The notes under the pieces: model-generated
Told to the model about the DNA's origin: nothing
Database searches by the model: none
Seen by the model: only the letters and a program-made list of their open reading frames with translations
Part shown: one piece after another, positions 1 to 9,604 of the stretch
Position numbering within the stretch: position 1 is the stretch's first letter
Layout: each line of letters begins with the position of its first letter
Program-made: the position numbers and the translations under genes
Origin: an uncultured virus (IMG/VR IMGVR_UViG_3300025133_005019)
Lineage: Duplodnaviria > Heunggongvirae > Uroviricota > Caudoviricetes
Virus record (IMG/VR): IMGVR_UViG_3300025133_005019
Length of the DNA stretch: 57,478 bases
Direction: 5' to 3' (one strand)

Positions 1-2
1 AA

Positions 3-200
3 TACTTTGGAACGCATGGAGATGTAAGATGGCATTCTGAATATAAATGGAATAAAAGTACAATGTTTGTTTTTGATGTAAGAAGATGGCATTCATCAAA
101 CTGGTTTGCTAAGGCGGGTCGTGTGACAGAAATTGATTCAGACTACAAAGAAGCGTTAATTGGATTTGGAAGTATTGATGTCCCGAGGAATTTAACTTAA
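3..200 (+). CDS. Partial CDS (3' end), possibly 2OG-Fe(II) oxygenase-like
   Basis: Open frame YFGTHGDVRWHSEYKWNKSTMFVFDVRRWHSS...NLT* ending 4 nt before the next ATG; W..FD...H pattern. Confidence 0.45.
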   Translation, partial: YFGTHGDVRWHSEYKWNKSTMFVFDVRRWHSSNWFAKAGRVTEIDSDYKEALIGFGSIDVPRNLT

Positions 201-204
201 AATT

Positions 205-1407
205 ATGTTCACTGGAATCAATCACACTCGCAAAGAAGAGTTTAGTGTAGTATGGGACTTAGGTCGCAGATGCACCTATGCGTGTAGCTATTGCGGCCCA
301 CATCATAGTAATAAAAATAGTCCTCTAGTTGAGATTGATAAACTTAAACACACATTAGATGGTATCGTTAAATATTCGCAGTTAATGGACTTATATAGAA
401 AAGAGCCTCTTAAATTAGACATTGGATACACGGGCGGCGAACCAACACTACATCCTGCGTTTTTTGAGTTTGTGAGATATGCTAAAGAAACATATCCATT
501 TATAAGGTCCAACATTACAACAAATGGATGTTATTCAGAGAAACAATGCAGAGAAATAATGGACTGTGTAAACAGTACTACACTAAGTTATCACGCAGAA
601 GGCACACCAGAACAAAAGAAATTAGTAATAGCAAATATAAAATTAATGCACGAAAGTGGTTATAATTTTAGAATCAATCATATGTTTCACAAAGATTACT
701 TTGACGAATGTATTGAGTTGGCAGATTGGTTTGACGAGTTAGGTATAACATACACTAGCAGACCTATAGGTGATAGCACCAACAAATCTGATTTATTAGA
801 TGGAACAGCACACGAGTATACAGAAAAACAATTAGAGTATTTTAAAAACCAATGGACGCAGAAGCCTAAACCAAAACCAAAACCAAAAGCACCTTCTGGT
901 GTAATGCATATGCAAACTACAGAAAATCCCAAAGCGAAAACATCACTTGAGACTATTGGCAGACCTTGTTGTAATGGCAAATGTTTAAGTGTTAAAGTTG
1001 ACGATGAATGGACTAAAAGTTTTAGAGTACCAACAACTAATTTTAAAGGCTGGAACTGTATGATTAACTGGGATTTTCTTTTTATTAACAGCGAACTAGA
1101 TGGTGTATGGCATCATCAGACTTGTCAAGTTGACATGGATGGACAAATTGGTCTAATTGGTAAAGCAAGTGACTTTGCTCCAATAATTGATAAGTTACGT
1201 ACAACATTACGTAGCGGAAAAATGCCTGTCATTAGATGTCCTAAGACACACTGCGGATGTGGACTATGTAGTCCTAAAGCATTAAATGATGAAGATGCTA
1301 AAGAGATTTTCGATAGTCGTACTCAGTACCTTGAGCCAGTATTTCAAGAGGACATAAAGGATATTAGCAAAGATGAAACTATAATTGGAATGTTTAAGGA
1401 GATTTAA
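205..1407 (+). CDS. Radical SAM protein with Cys-rich C-terminal domain
   Basis: CTYACSYC motif, TGGEPTLHP, TNG; C-terminal CPKTHCGCGLC; KPKPKPKPK linker. Confidence 0.9.
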   Translation: MFTGINHTRKEEFSVVWDLGRRCTYACSYCGPHHSNKNSPLVEIDKLKHTLDGIVKYSQLMDLYRKEPLKLDIGYTGGEPTLHPAFFEFVRYAKETYPFIRSNITTNGCYSEKQCREIMDCVNSTTLSYHAEGTPEQKKLVIANIKLMHESGYNFRINHMFHKDYFDECIELADWFDELGITYTSRPIGDSTNKSDLLDGTAHEYTEKQLEYFKNQWTQKPKPKPKPKAPSGVMHMQTTENPKAKTSLETIGRPCCNGKCLSVKVDDEWTKSFRVPTTNFKGWNCMINWDFLFINSELDGVWHHQTCQVDMDGQIGLIGKASDFAPIIDKLRTTLRSGKMPVIRCPKTHCGCGLCSPKALNDEDAKEIFDSRTQYLEPVFQEDIKDISKDETIIGMFKEI

Positions 1408-1423
1408 AATAATTTATTTTGAG

Positions 1424-2206
1424 ATGAAAGATATAGTAAAACAATATGACATGAGACTTAATAAGAGTATATTTGTTGTAGACGGTCTACCCATTTATTT
1501 AGATTATAGACATAGTAACATTTCAGTTGACCTATCGGGCGGTGCTGACTCGGCACTCCTAGCATATCTACTTATTAATGAATTGAATAAAAGAAAACAA
1601 AAGTGTACTGTTCATTTAATAACACATAGAAGGCTTTGGAAAACTAGACCATGGCAAAAAATAATAGCCAAAAATGTCTTTGATTATCTATGTGCCATGA
1701 ATACATTTCTCAAACAACAACCACTTATGAGTAGTCTAATAACGATAGTGAGACATACAAATTTTATACCACCACTATTAGAGTCGGTTCATGTAAAAGG
1801 TATAGATGAAAGTAGAACTGCTGAGAATTTATGTGTTGATGAGTTTAGAGAAGTAGTAATGTTTGATTATGATATTGATATGATATATAACGCAACAACA
1901 TTGAATCCACCTATGCCAATAGAAGGAAGAGTACCATCAAGGGATAAAACAAAAATTGATAAACTTGATTTGTTGAACCGTGATGATAAAGAGTCTAATC
2001 CTTTTTTCTATATAAACAAAGCATGGGTTATAAAACAATACAAAGATAATAACATATTAGATTTATTATATACTACTCGGTCTTGTGAAGGTGGTGACGT
2101 AGAAACGCCTGCTGATTGGAATGGTGAACGTCCAGATGATTGTGGCGAATGTTTTTGGTGTGTTGAACGTCATTGGGCAATGGATGAAAATAATGTCGAA
2201 CACTAA
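1424..2206 (+). CDS. QueC-like PP-loop ATPase
   Basis: LSGGADS PP-loop; C-terminal TRSC...CGECFWCVER Zn motif. Start moved to ATG 1424. Confidence 0.8.
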   Translation: MKDIVKQYDMRLNKSIFVVDGLPIYLDYRHSNISVDLSGGADSALLAYLLINELNKRKQKCTVHLITHRRLWKTRPWQKIIAKNVFDYLCAMNTFLKQQPLMSSLITIVRHTNFIPPLLESVHVKGIDESRTAENLCVDEFREVVMFDYDIDMIYNATTLNPPMPIEGRVPSRDKTKIDKLDLLNRDDKESNPFFYINKAWVIKQYKDNNILDLLYTTRSCEGGDVETPADWNGERPDDCGECFWCVERHWAMDENNVEH

Positions 2207-2372
2207 ACCATTTTGCAAAGCCCCTTGGATAAATCTAAATTATTCTGGAACACTGGGAATAGCACCATGTTGTGAATGGCTTGATAAGAAAAATGACACC
2301 AAATGTGACCAAGCAATTGCGATTATAAATACACACGATTATGATGAGATGGCATTTAAAGAATTCATTTAA
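2193..2372 (+). pseudogene. Remnant of SPASM/twitch radical SAM gene
   Basis: MSNTKPFCKAPW...G.IAPCC resembles a SPASM/twitch N-terminus, but the ORF is only 59 aa and lacks CxxxCxxC. Confidence 0.6.
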
Positions 2373-2581
2373 AATGAAAGAAGCCCTGGAATGTGATGTT
2401 TTAATAACTTTAACACACTATTACGCACCTAACAGTTTATACCACTAGATGTAGTATTTAAAGTTACGTTAAAGGCATGGAAACGACTAGATATTGTGCT
2501 ACTATACTATACCTAACAATAAAAGGAAACAAGACAAAAATGTTGCATAATAATAAAAAACCGAAAATGGAGATTTTACGT

Positions 2582-2824
2582 ATGGCACTTAATACAAAAA
2601 TAAAAAATTATTTATATTCTATAAAGATGCGAGAAGGCGACCCTTATATGGATGGATATGTAACATCAAAAGCAAAACGCGAATTATTTGAAATTTATTG
2701 GTATATTGAAGATATGTTGGAAGATTGTGGCACATATGTAGGTGAAGATGAATGGAAAGCCCAGCGCGAAAAAGATAAAATGTTAAATAAACTATCAGGA
2801 GAAACACGATTTGGAAAAGATTAA
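2582..2824 (+). CDS. Hypothetical phage protein
   Basis: GGAG RBS before ATG 2582; overlaps next gene. Confidence 0.65.
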   Translation: MALNTKIKNYLYSIKMREGDPYMDGYVTSKAKRELFEIYWYIEDMLEDCGTYVGEDEWKAQREKDKMLNKLSGETRFGKD

Positions 2825-3020
2825 TCCTGAGACTACTGGAATGCATCCCCTGCGCCACTCGTTAACTGATGCTGATTGGGAACGTATTAGAGCATATTGT
2901 CTTTATAATAATACGACTGTTATTGTCACTTCTGAAGAACTTGATGCATTTGCTGATTGGATATTTGATGAAATTGCAGCAAAGCAGCAAACAGTTGCAG
3001 GCTCAACTACATTACAATAA
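2811..3020 (+). CDS. Hypothetical protein
   Basis: AGGAG RBS, TTG start, operon packing. Confidence 0.6.
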   Translation: MEKINPETTGMHPLRHSLTDADWERIRAYCLYNNTTVIVTSEELDAFADWIFDEIAAKQQTVAGSTTLQ

Positions 3021-3063
3021 GGAAACAACAGGAATGTTTGTTAGACATTGAAAAGGAGATAAT

Positions 3064-3900
3064 ATGATACCAGATTTTACTCAAGAAAATAGAAATAAAA
3101 TTGACAGTTTTTTTAAGCATTCACAAGAAAATCCATGGGGTAATTTAATTGCAATTAAATGTACAGCCAGTGCCTTAATCGAATGGCGCAACAATGGAAA
3201 GATAAAAAAATTAATCAATGAATCAGTTAGTAAACCAGACTGGGGCAATGAGAATTCCCGTGACTATGCGAGCAGTGTCACTAGTGATCCGCGATTCTTT
3301 TTGTTTAACGTAAATGAGTTATATAATAGTATTAATGACATTGGTGTAAGAATACCAGTACATATACATCGTGTAGCAACAGATAATAAATTTAGCGATT
3401 TACATCCAATTAATAATAAAATTGAAACATTGTGTGAATTTTTTCCAAATAAAATGATTACATGTATCTATCATGATTATGATTATTTGCGAGAATATTG
3501 GCCAGATAAATTAAATGATTGGTATAAGCAATGGGAATATACAATTATTGATAATACTGATGATTATTTAAAATTATTCGGCGCAGATCGAGATAGTAAT
3601 GAAACAAGATTTGGATGGGATCTATGCAAAAATATAATTCAATCTCCAAACAATGTTTGGGACTTCTTAAAGGTTAGTGCGCAGGATTGGCAATATATTG
3701 ACATTACTAAACATTATGGTGACCCATTATTAGAAAATGCACCGTTTTTAACAATGACAGATAGATTTCATCGCAATGCGATGTATGAAAATGAAATAGC
3801 ATTGGGTGACATTTTGATTAAGACTTCTGATGGATTTGTATTTTGTGATAAAGAATTTAAGAACGTCGACCAGGATGATCATGATGAAAGGTGGTATTAA
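3064..3900 (+). CDS. Hypothetical protein (278 aa)
   Basis: Long ORF, AAGGAG RBS. Confidence 0.75.
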   Translation: MIPDFTQENRNKIDSFFKHSQENPWGNLIAIKCTASALIEWRNNGKIKKLINESVSKPDWGNENSRDYASSVTSDPRFFLFNVNELYNSINDIGVRIPVHIHRVATDNKFSDLHPINNKIETLCEFFPNKMITCIYHDYDYLREYWPDKLNDWYKQWEYTIIDNTDDYLKLFGADRDSNETRFGWDLCKNIIQSPNNVWDFLKVSAQDWQYIDITKHYGDPLLENAPFLTMTDRFHRNAMYENEIALGDILIKTSDGFVFCDKEFKNVDQDDHDERWY

Positions 3901-3901
3901 C

Positions 3902-4354
3902 ATGATTAAAAAATTTAAAGATACGCCGTTTGAAAAATATGACCAAAAAAGTGAAATCGACGCAGAGTTTTATAAAGTATACCCAGATTCCTGGCCAGCA
4001 TGTGACGGTCATGTATTGTTTGTACCAAAACAAAATACATTGGAGTTTATTACTCATACATTAAGTGCAGTAGTTGAATATGGAGACAAATTAGTAGCAG
4101 AAGGCAATATTGATGGATATCATTTTGGAATGAATATGGGCGAAGCCGCAGGCCAAACTGTTATGTGGCCACATGTACATTTCTTACCTAGAATTAAAGG
4201 TGACGTTGAAGGGTTTCCAGGAAGTGTTAGACTAGCTCATAGAGGACATCGTGGGTTTGATTATTATGCAAATCATCCAGAAATAGGTCCCGAATATCGA
4301 AAAAGACATGAACACGTTAAACACCATTTACCAAAAAATAAAACTGGAAATTAG
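3902..4354 (+). CDS. HIT-family nucleotide hydrolase
   Basis: GHVLFVPK, NMGEAAGQTVMWPHVHF. Confidence 0.88.
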   Translation: MIKKFKDTPFEKYDQKSEIDAEFYKVYPDSWPACDGHVLFVPKQNTLEFITHTLSAVVEYGDKLVAEGNIDGYHFGMNMGEAAGQTVMWPHVHFLPRIKGDVEGFPGSVRLAHRGHRGFDYYANHPEIGPEYRKRHEHVKHHLPKNKTGN

Positions 4355-5530
4355 ATGACTAATAAAGCAGATTTAAAATGGAGTGCATATGATTTCAAAT
4401 CTATTCCATATGATAATATTACTAGAGTAGGCCAGCGTTCAATGCTGTACCGCGATTTGTTCACAGTGAGCTGGCTATTAGGAAGATTCTGTAACTACAG
4501 ATGTTCATATTGTTGGCCTTATGCTCGTTCGGATCGCAAAGACCATCGTCCTACTAAACTATGTGTCAAAACAATCGACGAAATAAAGAGGCAAGCACGT
4601 GATAACGGTTTTAATAGTTTCCATTTTAGTTTATCTGGTGGCGAACCGACCTTCCATCCTGGATACTTGGATATCATGGAGCATCTCGCGAAAGATGTTG
4701 ATAATACTAATTATACTAGCGTTCATATGACAACTAATATGAGCCGTCCTTTAAAATGGTTCAACAAGTATGTAGAATATGCATCTAAGTTCCATCGAGC
4801 AAGCATTACAGCAAGTCTGCATACTGAGCATGTAAATACACCCGAGAAAATGCAAGAGCTTGCAGATAAGCTTATATTGTGCCAAGAGCATGATGTACAA
4901 GTAACTGTTAATCAAGTAATGGTTCCAGACTGGTTTGAGCGTGATTGGGATAATGCATTATTTTTTCATAACCAAGGTATTAATGTTACACTTAAACCAA
5001 TGAGTGATCCAACAGCAAGCAAAGTTGTAGACGGTTACACAGACAGCATGTTAGAGCGTTTGCATAACGGTATGCCACAGCGTGGCTATACTGAAGAAAA
5101 AGCAGCGTTAGCCAAGCTTGTCGAGCGTCCTAAGCCCACATTTAAAAAGACAAGTGACCCGATATACTGGAAAGAAAACGAAGGTATTCCGCAACATTTT
5201 CAAGTTGAATTTCGTGACCAAGAAGGTAAATTTTGGTATATGGATCAAGCAGAACGTTTTAATGCATTTGGTTTTAATAAATTTGAAGGGTGGGAATGTA
5301 GTTCAGGATATCGTAGTATTATTATTCGTGAACCAGATGGTAGTGTAAAGCGTAGTTATAGCTGTCATGACCAGCCATTGGGTAACGTAGAAACAGGGTT
5401 TAAGCTGTTTGATGGACCTAAAGTGTGTACAACCGGTGCCTGTGTAAGTAGCGCAGACAGCAAGATTCCTAAGCGCAAACCTGGAATTAAACTGCCATTA
5501 TGGCCAGGAGATGAAACTTGGAAAACATAA
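4355..5530 (+). CDS. Radical SAM protein
   Basis: CNYRCSYC, SGGEPTFHP, TTN; C-terminal Cys residues; paralog-like to 205..1407. Confidence 0.9.
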   Translation: MTNKADLKWSAYDFKSIPYDNITRVGQRSMLYRDLFTVSWLLGRFCNYRCSYCWPYARSDRKDHRPTKLCVKTIDEIKRQARDNGFNSFHFSLSGGEPTFHPGYLDIMEHLAKDVDNTNYTSVHMTTNMSRPLKWFNKYVEYASKFHRASITASLHTEHVNTPEKMQELADKLILCQEHDVQVTVNQVMVPDWFERDWDNALFFHNQGINVTLKPMSDPTASKVVDGYTDSMLERLHNGMPQRGYTEEKAALAKLVERPKPTFKKTSDPIYWKENEGIPQHFQVEFRDQEGKFWYMDQAERFNAFGFNKFEGWECSSGYRSIIIREPDGSVKRSYSCHDQPLGNVETGFKLFDGPKVCTTGACVSSADSKIPKRKPGIKLPLWPGDETWKT

Positions 5531-6177
5531 CAGTATGTGGTGTAGATATAGAAATTCCTAATGGTCCGGTTGGAATAAGTGTTAGTGGTGGAGCAGATAG
5601 TGTTGCACTACTATATATTTTATTAAACTATTTCCCGGACAAAGAATTTCATGTTTATACTGCTATTGAAAACTTAGAAGATTTTAGAGTAGCTGCTGGG
5701 CCTTGTGTAAGTACTATTATAGCGAGAATCCAACAGCAAATAGGTTATCGCAATGTGCAACATCATATAACGCAATATAATAATGTTAGCGCCGAATTTA
5801 ACCCATCAACTATATATGAAAAGGCAATTAAAGATATAGATAGAGGAATTATAAGATCTGTGTTTTCTGGTCTCACTGCATCACCACCGTTACATATTGC
5901 AAAAGATTGGACGTCAGATCCTGTAATGTTTAATGAGATGACCTCACGATTGCCCGGTCGGAACTTACCAACTAAAAAACGTAATCGGTATGTGCCGCTG
6001 CGTAATCATGATAAACTAAAAATTGCTGAAATATACGAAACATATGAACTATTAGATTGGTTGTTTCCGTTGACATTTAGTTGTGAAGATACAGACAACC
6101 AACTACACAATTTAAAACATTGTGGTGAATGTTGGTGGTGTAAAGAAAGGGAATGGGCGTTTGGACGGTTAGTTTAA
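5518..6177 (+). CDS. QueC-like PP-loop ATPase
   Basis: VSGGADS; TFSCE...HCGECWWCKEREWAFG. Confidence 0.82.
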   Translation: MENITVCGVDIEIPNGPVGISVSGGADSVALLYILLNYFPDKEFHVYTAIENLEDFRVAAGPCVSTIIARIQQQIGYRNVQHHITQYNNVSAEFNPSTIYEKAIKDIDRGIIRSVFSGLTASPPLHIAKDWTSDPVMFNEMTSRLPGRNLPTKKRNRYVPLRNHDKLKIAEIYETYELLDWLFPLTFSCEDTDNQLHNLKHCGECWWCKEREWAFGRLV

Positions 6178-6699
6178 GCAGAGCTCGCTAAAAATTTTAT
6201 TAAAGAATTCTTCTTTATCTTGTAATTCACGAAAATGTTCATATAATGCACGTTCTAATCCATAAGCTTCTCGCTCCCATGGAAAAGCAAAATATTCACT
6301 GCGAGAAAATTTAACACCCTCGTATGGAATACATTCTAAATTATTATCTAATTTATCATTCCAAATAAATGAACCATTTTCTTGATAAAGTCTGCCCTCT
6401 GCATGTTGATACACATGCACCATTTCATGGGCGATTGCGGTAAGGATAACAGAATGTTCTTGCTCCAATAATGATCGACTGACACGAATTTCAAAATCTC
6501 GTGGCCACATTCCTTCATTAGCATCTACGCTTTCAACACAAGCTTCATAGCCAGTGGAGTTATCAAGAATAATCTCAACAGTAATATCACTAATGCTTTC
6601 GTTAAGATAATTGCCAGTTTCATTAATAAGATGTTCAACATCTTTAACGAGTTCTTTCTGCATGAAAAATACAGAGTTACAAAAAGTTACATCAATCAT
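6169..6699 (-). CDS. HEXXH zinc metallopeptidase-like protein
   Basis: AIAHEMVHVYQ and PWEREAY. Confidence 0.75.
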   Translation of the reverse strand: MIDVTFCNSVFFMQKELVKDVEHLINETGNYLNESISDITVEIILDNSTGYEACVESVDANEGMWPRDFEIRVSRSLLEQEHSVILTAIAHEMVHVYQHAEGRLYQENGSFIWNDKLDNNLECIPYEGVKFSRSEYFAFPWEREAYGLERALYEHFRELQDKEEFFNKIFSELCLN

Positions 6700-6700
6700 A

Positions 6701-6946
6701 TTATTTTAACTCTTTTAGCAGCTTAACTAATTCAGGTTTAGCGTCAACAACAAACATTGCAAACATACCAGGAATGTTAACACCCTTAGATGCCTCTGTA
6801 TATGGCATGAACGGCTCAAGTCTAATCCCACATTCAGAGCCATCTTTAATAACACTATAGCCATCACTGATGTAGATTGAGTCATCTTGCCAACGTTCGA
6901 CGTTTCCAACAATCTCTTCACCTGATGTTAACCTCACTAGATTCAT
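6701..6946 (-). CDS. Small conserved T4-like phage protein (Sm-like)
   Basis: LVRLTSGEEIVG...PFMPY pattern; AGGA RBS. Confidence 0.65.
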   Translation of the reverse strand: MNLVRLTSGEEIVGNVERWQDDSIYISDGYSVIKDGSECGIRLEPFMPYTEASKGVNIPGMFAMFVVDAKPELVKLLKELK

Positions 6947-6957
6947 TACTAATTTCC

Positions 6958-7047
6958 TTAATTTAATAATTTAAAGGCTGCTGCAACGGTAACAATAAAC
7001 CAAATGGCTAACAATATTTGCCCTTGTCTATCATTAAATAAATTCAT
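6958..7047 (-). CDS. 29-aa single-TM peptide
   Basis: MNLFNDRQGQILLAIWFIVTVAAAFKLLN*; GAGGG RBS; first ORF after the boxed promoter. Confidence 0.5.
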   Translation of the reverse strand: MNLFNDRQGQILLAIWFIVTVAAAFKLLN

Positions 7048-7081
7048 ATTAAACACCCTCAACTTTTCTAACTATACATAT

Positions 7082-7110
7082 ATGATAGCACCAATACGTC
7101 TTGATGTCAA
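7082..7110 (-). promoter_or_regulatory. Boxed sigma70 promoter (box inverted)
   Basis: TTGACA-17 bp-TATCAT; spacer reads gcaccaatacgtcttga on +. Confidence 0.8.
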
Positions 7111-7112
7111 GA

Positions 7113-7141
7113 AAAAACGCAAGAAACAATTCTTGCGTTTT
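7113..7141. terminator. Hairpin / probable intrinsic terminator
   Basis: aaaacgcaagaa-acaa-ttcttgcgtttt inverted repeat with A/T tails. Confidence 0.65.
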
Positions 7142-7166
7142 CAATGGGTTATAAAATAATTTAATA

Positions 7167-7835
7167 TTATTTGTAAATTTTTACTGCATTGTATATTCTT
7201 TTGGCTACTTCGATATGACCCTCATTATTGAAATGAAATAGATCCTGATTAAATTTAGAATCAAAGTTATCACTGTTAATTTTAACTATTGTAGTGTCAC
7301 TAGGAACGTGATAACCACGATGATGTACATAATTCCATGCGTCAAGAAATATATAATTAAAGTCGTGTGATTGTAGCATGTGTATAAAGTTATAGTGATT
7401 ATTAACAAAAATTTCAGCATCATACTCTGCATTTGTATGTTCATTTTCAACTAGTTTAAAAAATTCAGAATCTGATTTTGACCATTGCCATTCATGGCTA
7501 CCGGATTTAAACCTAATTAGTTCACCATCATCGTATTCATCTCGCAGGTTTATTCCATGAACAATCTGGACGCCGTCAATGAAATTAGATGTCCAAAATT
7601 CTTTCCTATTAACACATGTATACTGTATTACAATTAATGTGTTTTTGTCTATTTCACCTAGGCGTATTTTTGTAGTAATTGTTCTCCAGATTCTAAAATT
7701 TGATCCACATCCCGCGCCTTGATGATCATATTCACAATCCAACATTTCAGCTAATTTGTCACCATAACAAAAATCTACATTACCACGGTCACTAACGCTA
7801 CACCCTGCAACAACTAATTTATTATATTTTTTCAT
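7167..7835 (-). CDS. SGNH/GDSL-like protein
   Basis: VAGCSVS, GAGCGSN, DLFHFNNEGH. Confidence 0.65.
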   Translation of the reverse strand: MKKYNKLVVAGCSVSDRGNVDFCYGDKLAEMLDCEYDHQGAGCGSNFRIWRTITTKIRLGEIDKNTLIVIQYTCVNRKEFWTSNFIDGVQIVHGINLRDEYDDGELIRFKSGSHEWQWSKSDSEFFKLVENEHTNAEYDAEIFVNNHYNFIHMLQSHDFNYIFLDAWNYVHHRGYHVPSDTTIVKINSDNFDSKFNQDLFHFNNEGHIEVAKRIYNAVKIYK

Positions 7836-7851
7836 ACATGTATTTAGTCAA

Positions 7852-8085
7852 TTAAAAATTACAAACTAATTTTTTAAGACTTACTATTAAGTTAACTATA
7901 GTATAATGTATAATTAAGCCAAATATGCCGACCCAAACTAATGGGCCACTTAATAATAAAAACAATACAAAAAATTTATCTGGGGATAGGCCATATCGTA
8001 TTTCTAGTTTAGTCAACCAAAATAATCCAACGATTGTCCAGGTAATTATAACCGCAGCAAATATTGTAATAAAAAACATATTCAT
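7852..8085 (-). CDS. Small membrane protein
   Basis: Two hydrophobic segments. Confidence 0.5.
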   Translation of the reverse strand: MNMFFITIFAAVIITWTIVGLFWLTKLEIRYGLSPDKFFVLFLLLSGPLVWVGIFGLIIHYTIVNLIVSLKKLVCNF

Positions 8086-8184
8086 TGTATTAATCTATAA
8101 AATTGTTTAATCTTTTTTGATTTAATACAAGGGTGGCGCATTGTAGTACAACCATAACATTTACACATTTTTATATTTCCTTTT

Positions 8185-8490
8185 TTACGTTAATAAAACT
8201 ATTAGGATTATTACAACTAATCCAACTTTAAAGATTATATTTCCTAATTTTTTGGTTTTTTTCGTCACATTTTCCATTATTTCATTTTGTTCTTTAACCA
8301 ATTGACGATGTATAGCACTTGCTTCTTGACGAATAGCTAGTGGTAATTCTTTATTTCTTAAATAATCATTATATTTAAATTCTTCACCACATTTATCATT
8401 CAAATCATCAATTAAAAAAGCAACGGGCGTAAGATTCATTTCTGATATATCATCTAATAATTTCTTAGTATTTCTATAATCATAATTCAT
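8185..8490 (-). CDS. Hypothetical protein with C-terminal TM
   Basis: ORF track; hydrophobic tail. Confidence 0.6.
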   Translation of the reverse strand: MNYDYRNTKKLLDDISEMNLTPVAFLIDDLNDKCGEEFKYNDYLRNKELPLAIRQEASAIHRQLVKEQNEIMENVTKKTKKLGNIIFKVGLVVIILIVLLT

Positions 8491-8493
8491 ATT

Positions 8494-8646
8494 TTAGCCT
8501 GTGTTATTTTTACGTTTACCTTCTTCTAATCGACCGCTGTTTAATTGTTTTTTAATTATGTCATCGATTTCTTTGACCCATTTTGGATTAAGTGCAATAA
8601 TCTCTTCTAATACATTATCCAATTCTTCTAAGCTTCGTTTCTTCAT
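8494..8646 (-). CDS. 50-aa hypothetical protein
   Basis: MKKRSLEELDNVLEEII...; ATGA overlap with upstream stop. Confidence 0.5.
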   Translation of the reverse strand: MKKRSLEELDNVLEEIIALNPKWVKEIDDIIKKQLNSGRLEEGKRKNNTG

Positions 8647-9188
8647 GCTATTTTGTACCATTTAGGTGCTCCTCGTTTAGTCCACTTTGCAAGATGTTGC
8701 TTGTACGTCACATAGTATTGCTTGTAAGAAACAATAGAACATAAGTCTTTGACATCATCAGGCATTGCTGGTGTTGGTTGTGTGAATTTACCATCAGCTA
8801 TATTAGTTGGTGGCGTAGCAAGTACCTTATGTAACTTGCGATAACTTTCATGCGGGTCATTTTTGTTGTAACGATACATAAATTCTGTATTCAATTCAGT
8901 CCACATACGATATAACCACATGTAATTTTCTTTGTTTTTACGAACCCAAATACCACTGGGATGATTAATGTGTGATGCTTTGTATAGAACATGCTCAAGG
9001 TTTGAATCCAAGCGCCAACGTTTAATTTTACGATTGTTTTTAGTTCGATCAGTCCACTCTGTACCATCAAGATATCGATGTGCAGTTGACATTAGTTGTG
9101 CGTATTCAATAATCATCTTACTGCAATGCCTATCGACATGCATTTTTGCACAAACATCTTCATCTTTGTGTAGATAAAATACGTTAAT
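8643..9188 (-). CDS. Pyrimidine-dimer DNA glycosylase (DenV-related), probable ATT start
   Basis: KMIIEYAQLMSTAH, YKASHINHPS, PTPAMPD, KWTKR; in-frame extension (I)NVFYLHKD after GGGAG RBS. Confidence 0.8.
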   Translation of the reverse strand: MNVFYLHKDEDVCAKMHVDRHCSKMIIEYAQLMSTAHRYLDGTEWTDRTKNNRKIKRWRLDSNLEHVLYKASHINHPSGIWVRKNKENYMWLYRMWTELNTEFMYRYNKNDPHESYRKLHKVLATPPTNIADGKFTQPTPAMPDDVKDLCSIVSYKQYYVTYKQHLAKWTKRGAPKWYKIA

Positions 9189-9201
9189 AGTATATCTCCC
9201 T

Positions 9202-9546
9202 TTAAACCTTTAGTTTCTTACCAATTGCATATCCTGCTGCTAATGTACCAGCTGCGATTGCTGCTCGTTTTGTCTTAGTTCGTCCCCGACGCCCACCACG
9301 GTGGTCATCATCATCATCATCATCATCATCACGTCGACGCTTGTCCTGCGCCTTGTCCCGATTGCATGATGCTGCTGAATTAATACCCCATATCAGTGCT
9401 ACAATAAAGGAAATGACATACATTTTCGGTCCACCGTCAAACAGCCATACAAGCACTGCAAAACAAATAAAAGGAACACCCACTAATATAGCCACTCCTA
9501 CAAATACATTGTCATCTATATATTTCGTTGGTTCATTGTTTTTCAT
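9202..9546 (-). CDS. Membrane protein with poly-Asp and basic tail
   Basis: Two TMs, GAT-repeat run, AAGGA RBS. Confidence 0.65.
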   Translation of the reverse strand: MKNNEPTKYIDDNVFVGVAILVGVPFICFAVLVWLFDGGPKMYVISFIVALIWGINSAASCNRDKAQDKRRRDDDDDDDDDHRGGRRGRTKTKRAAIAAGTLAAGYAIGKKLKV

Positions 9547-9575
9547 TATTGTATTCCTTTAATTAACTTACTTAT

Positions 9576-9604
9576 ACTATACAGTAAGACGTATTGGTTG
9601 TCAA
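9576..9604 (-). promoter_or_regulatory. Boxed sigma70 promoter
   Basis: TTGACA-17-TATAGT; spacer cagtaagacgtattggt; -35 overlaps the IOR stop codon. Confidence 0.8.
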
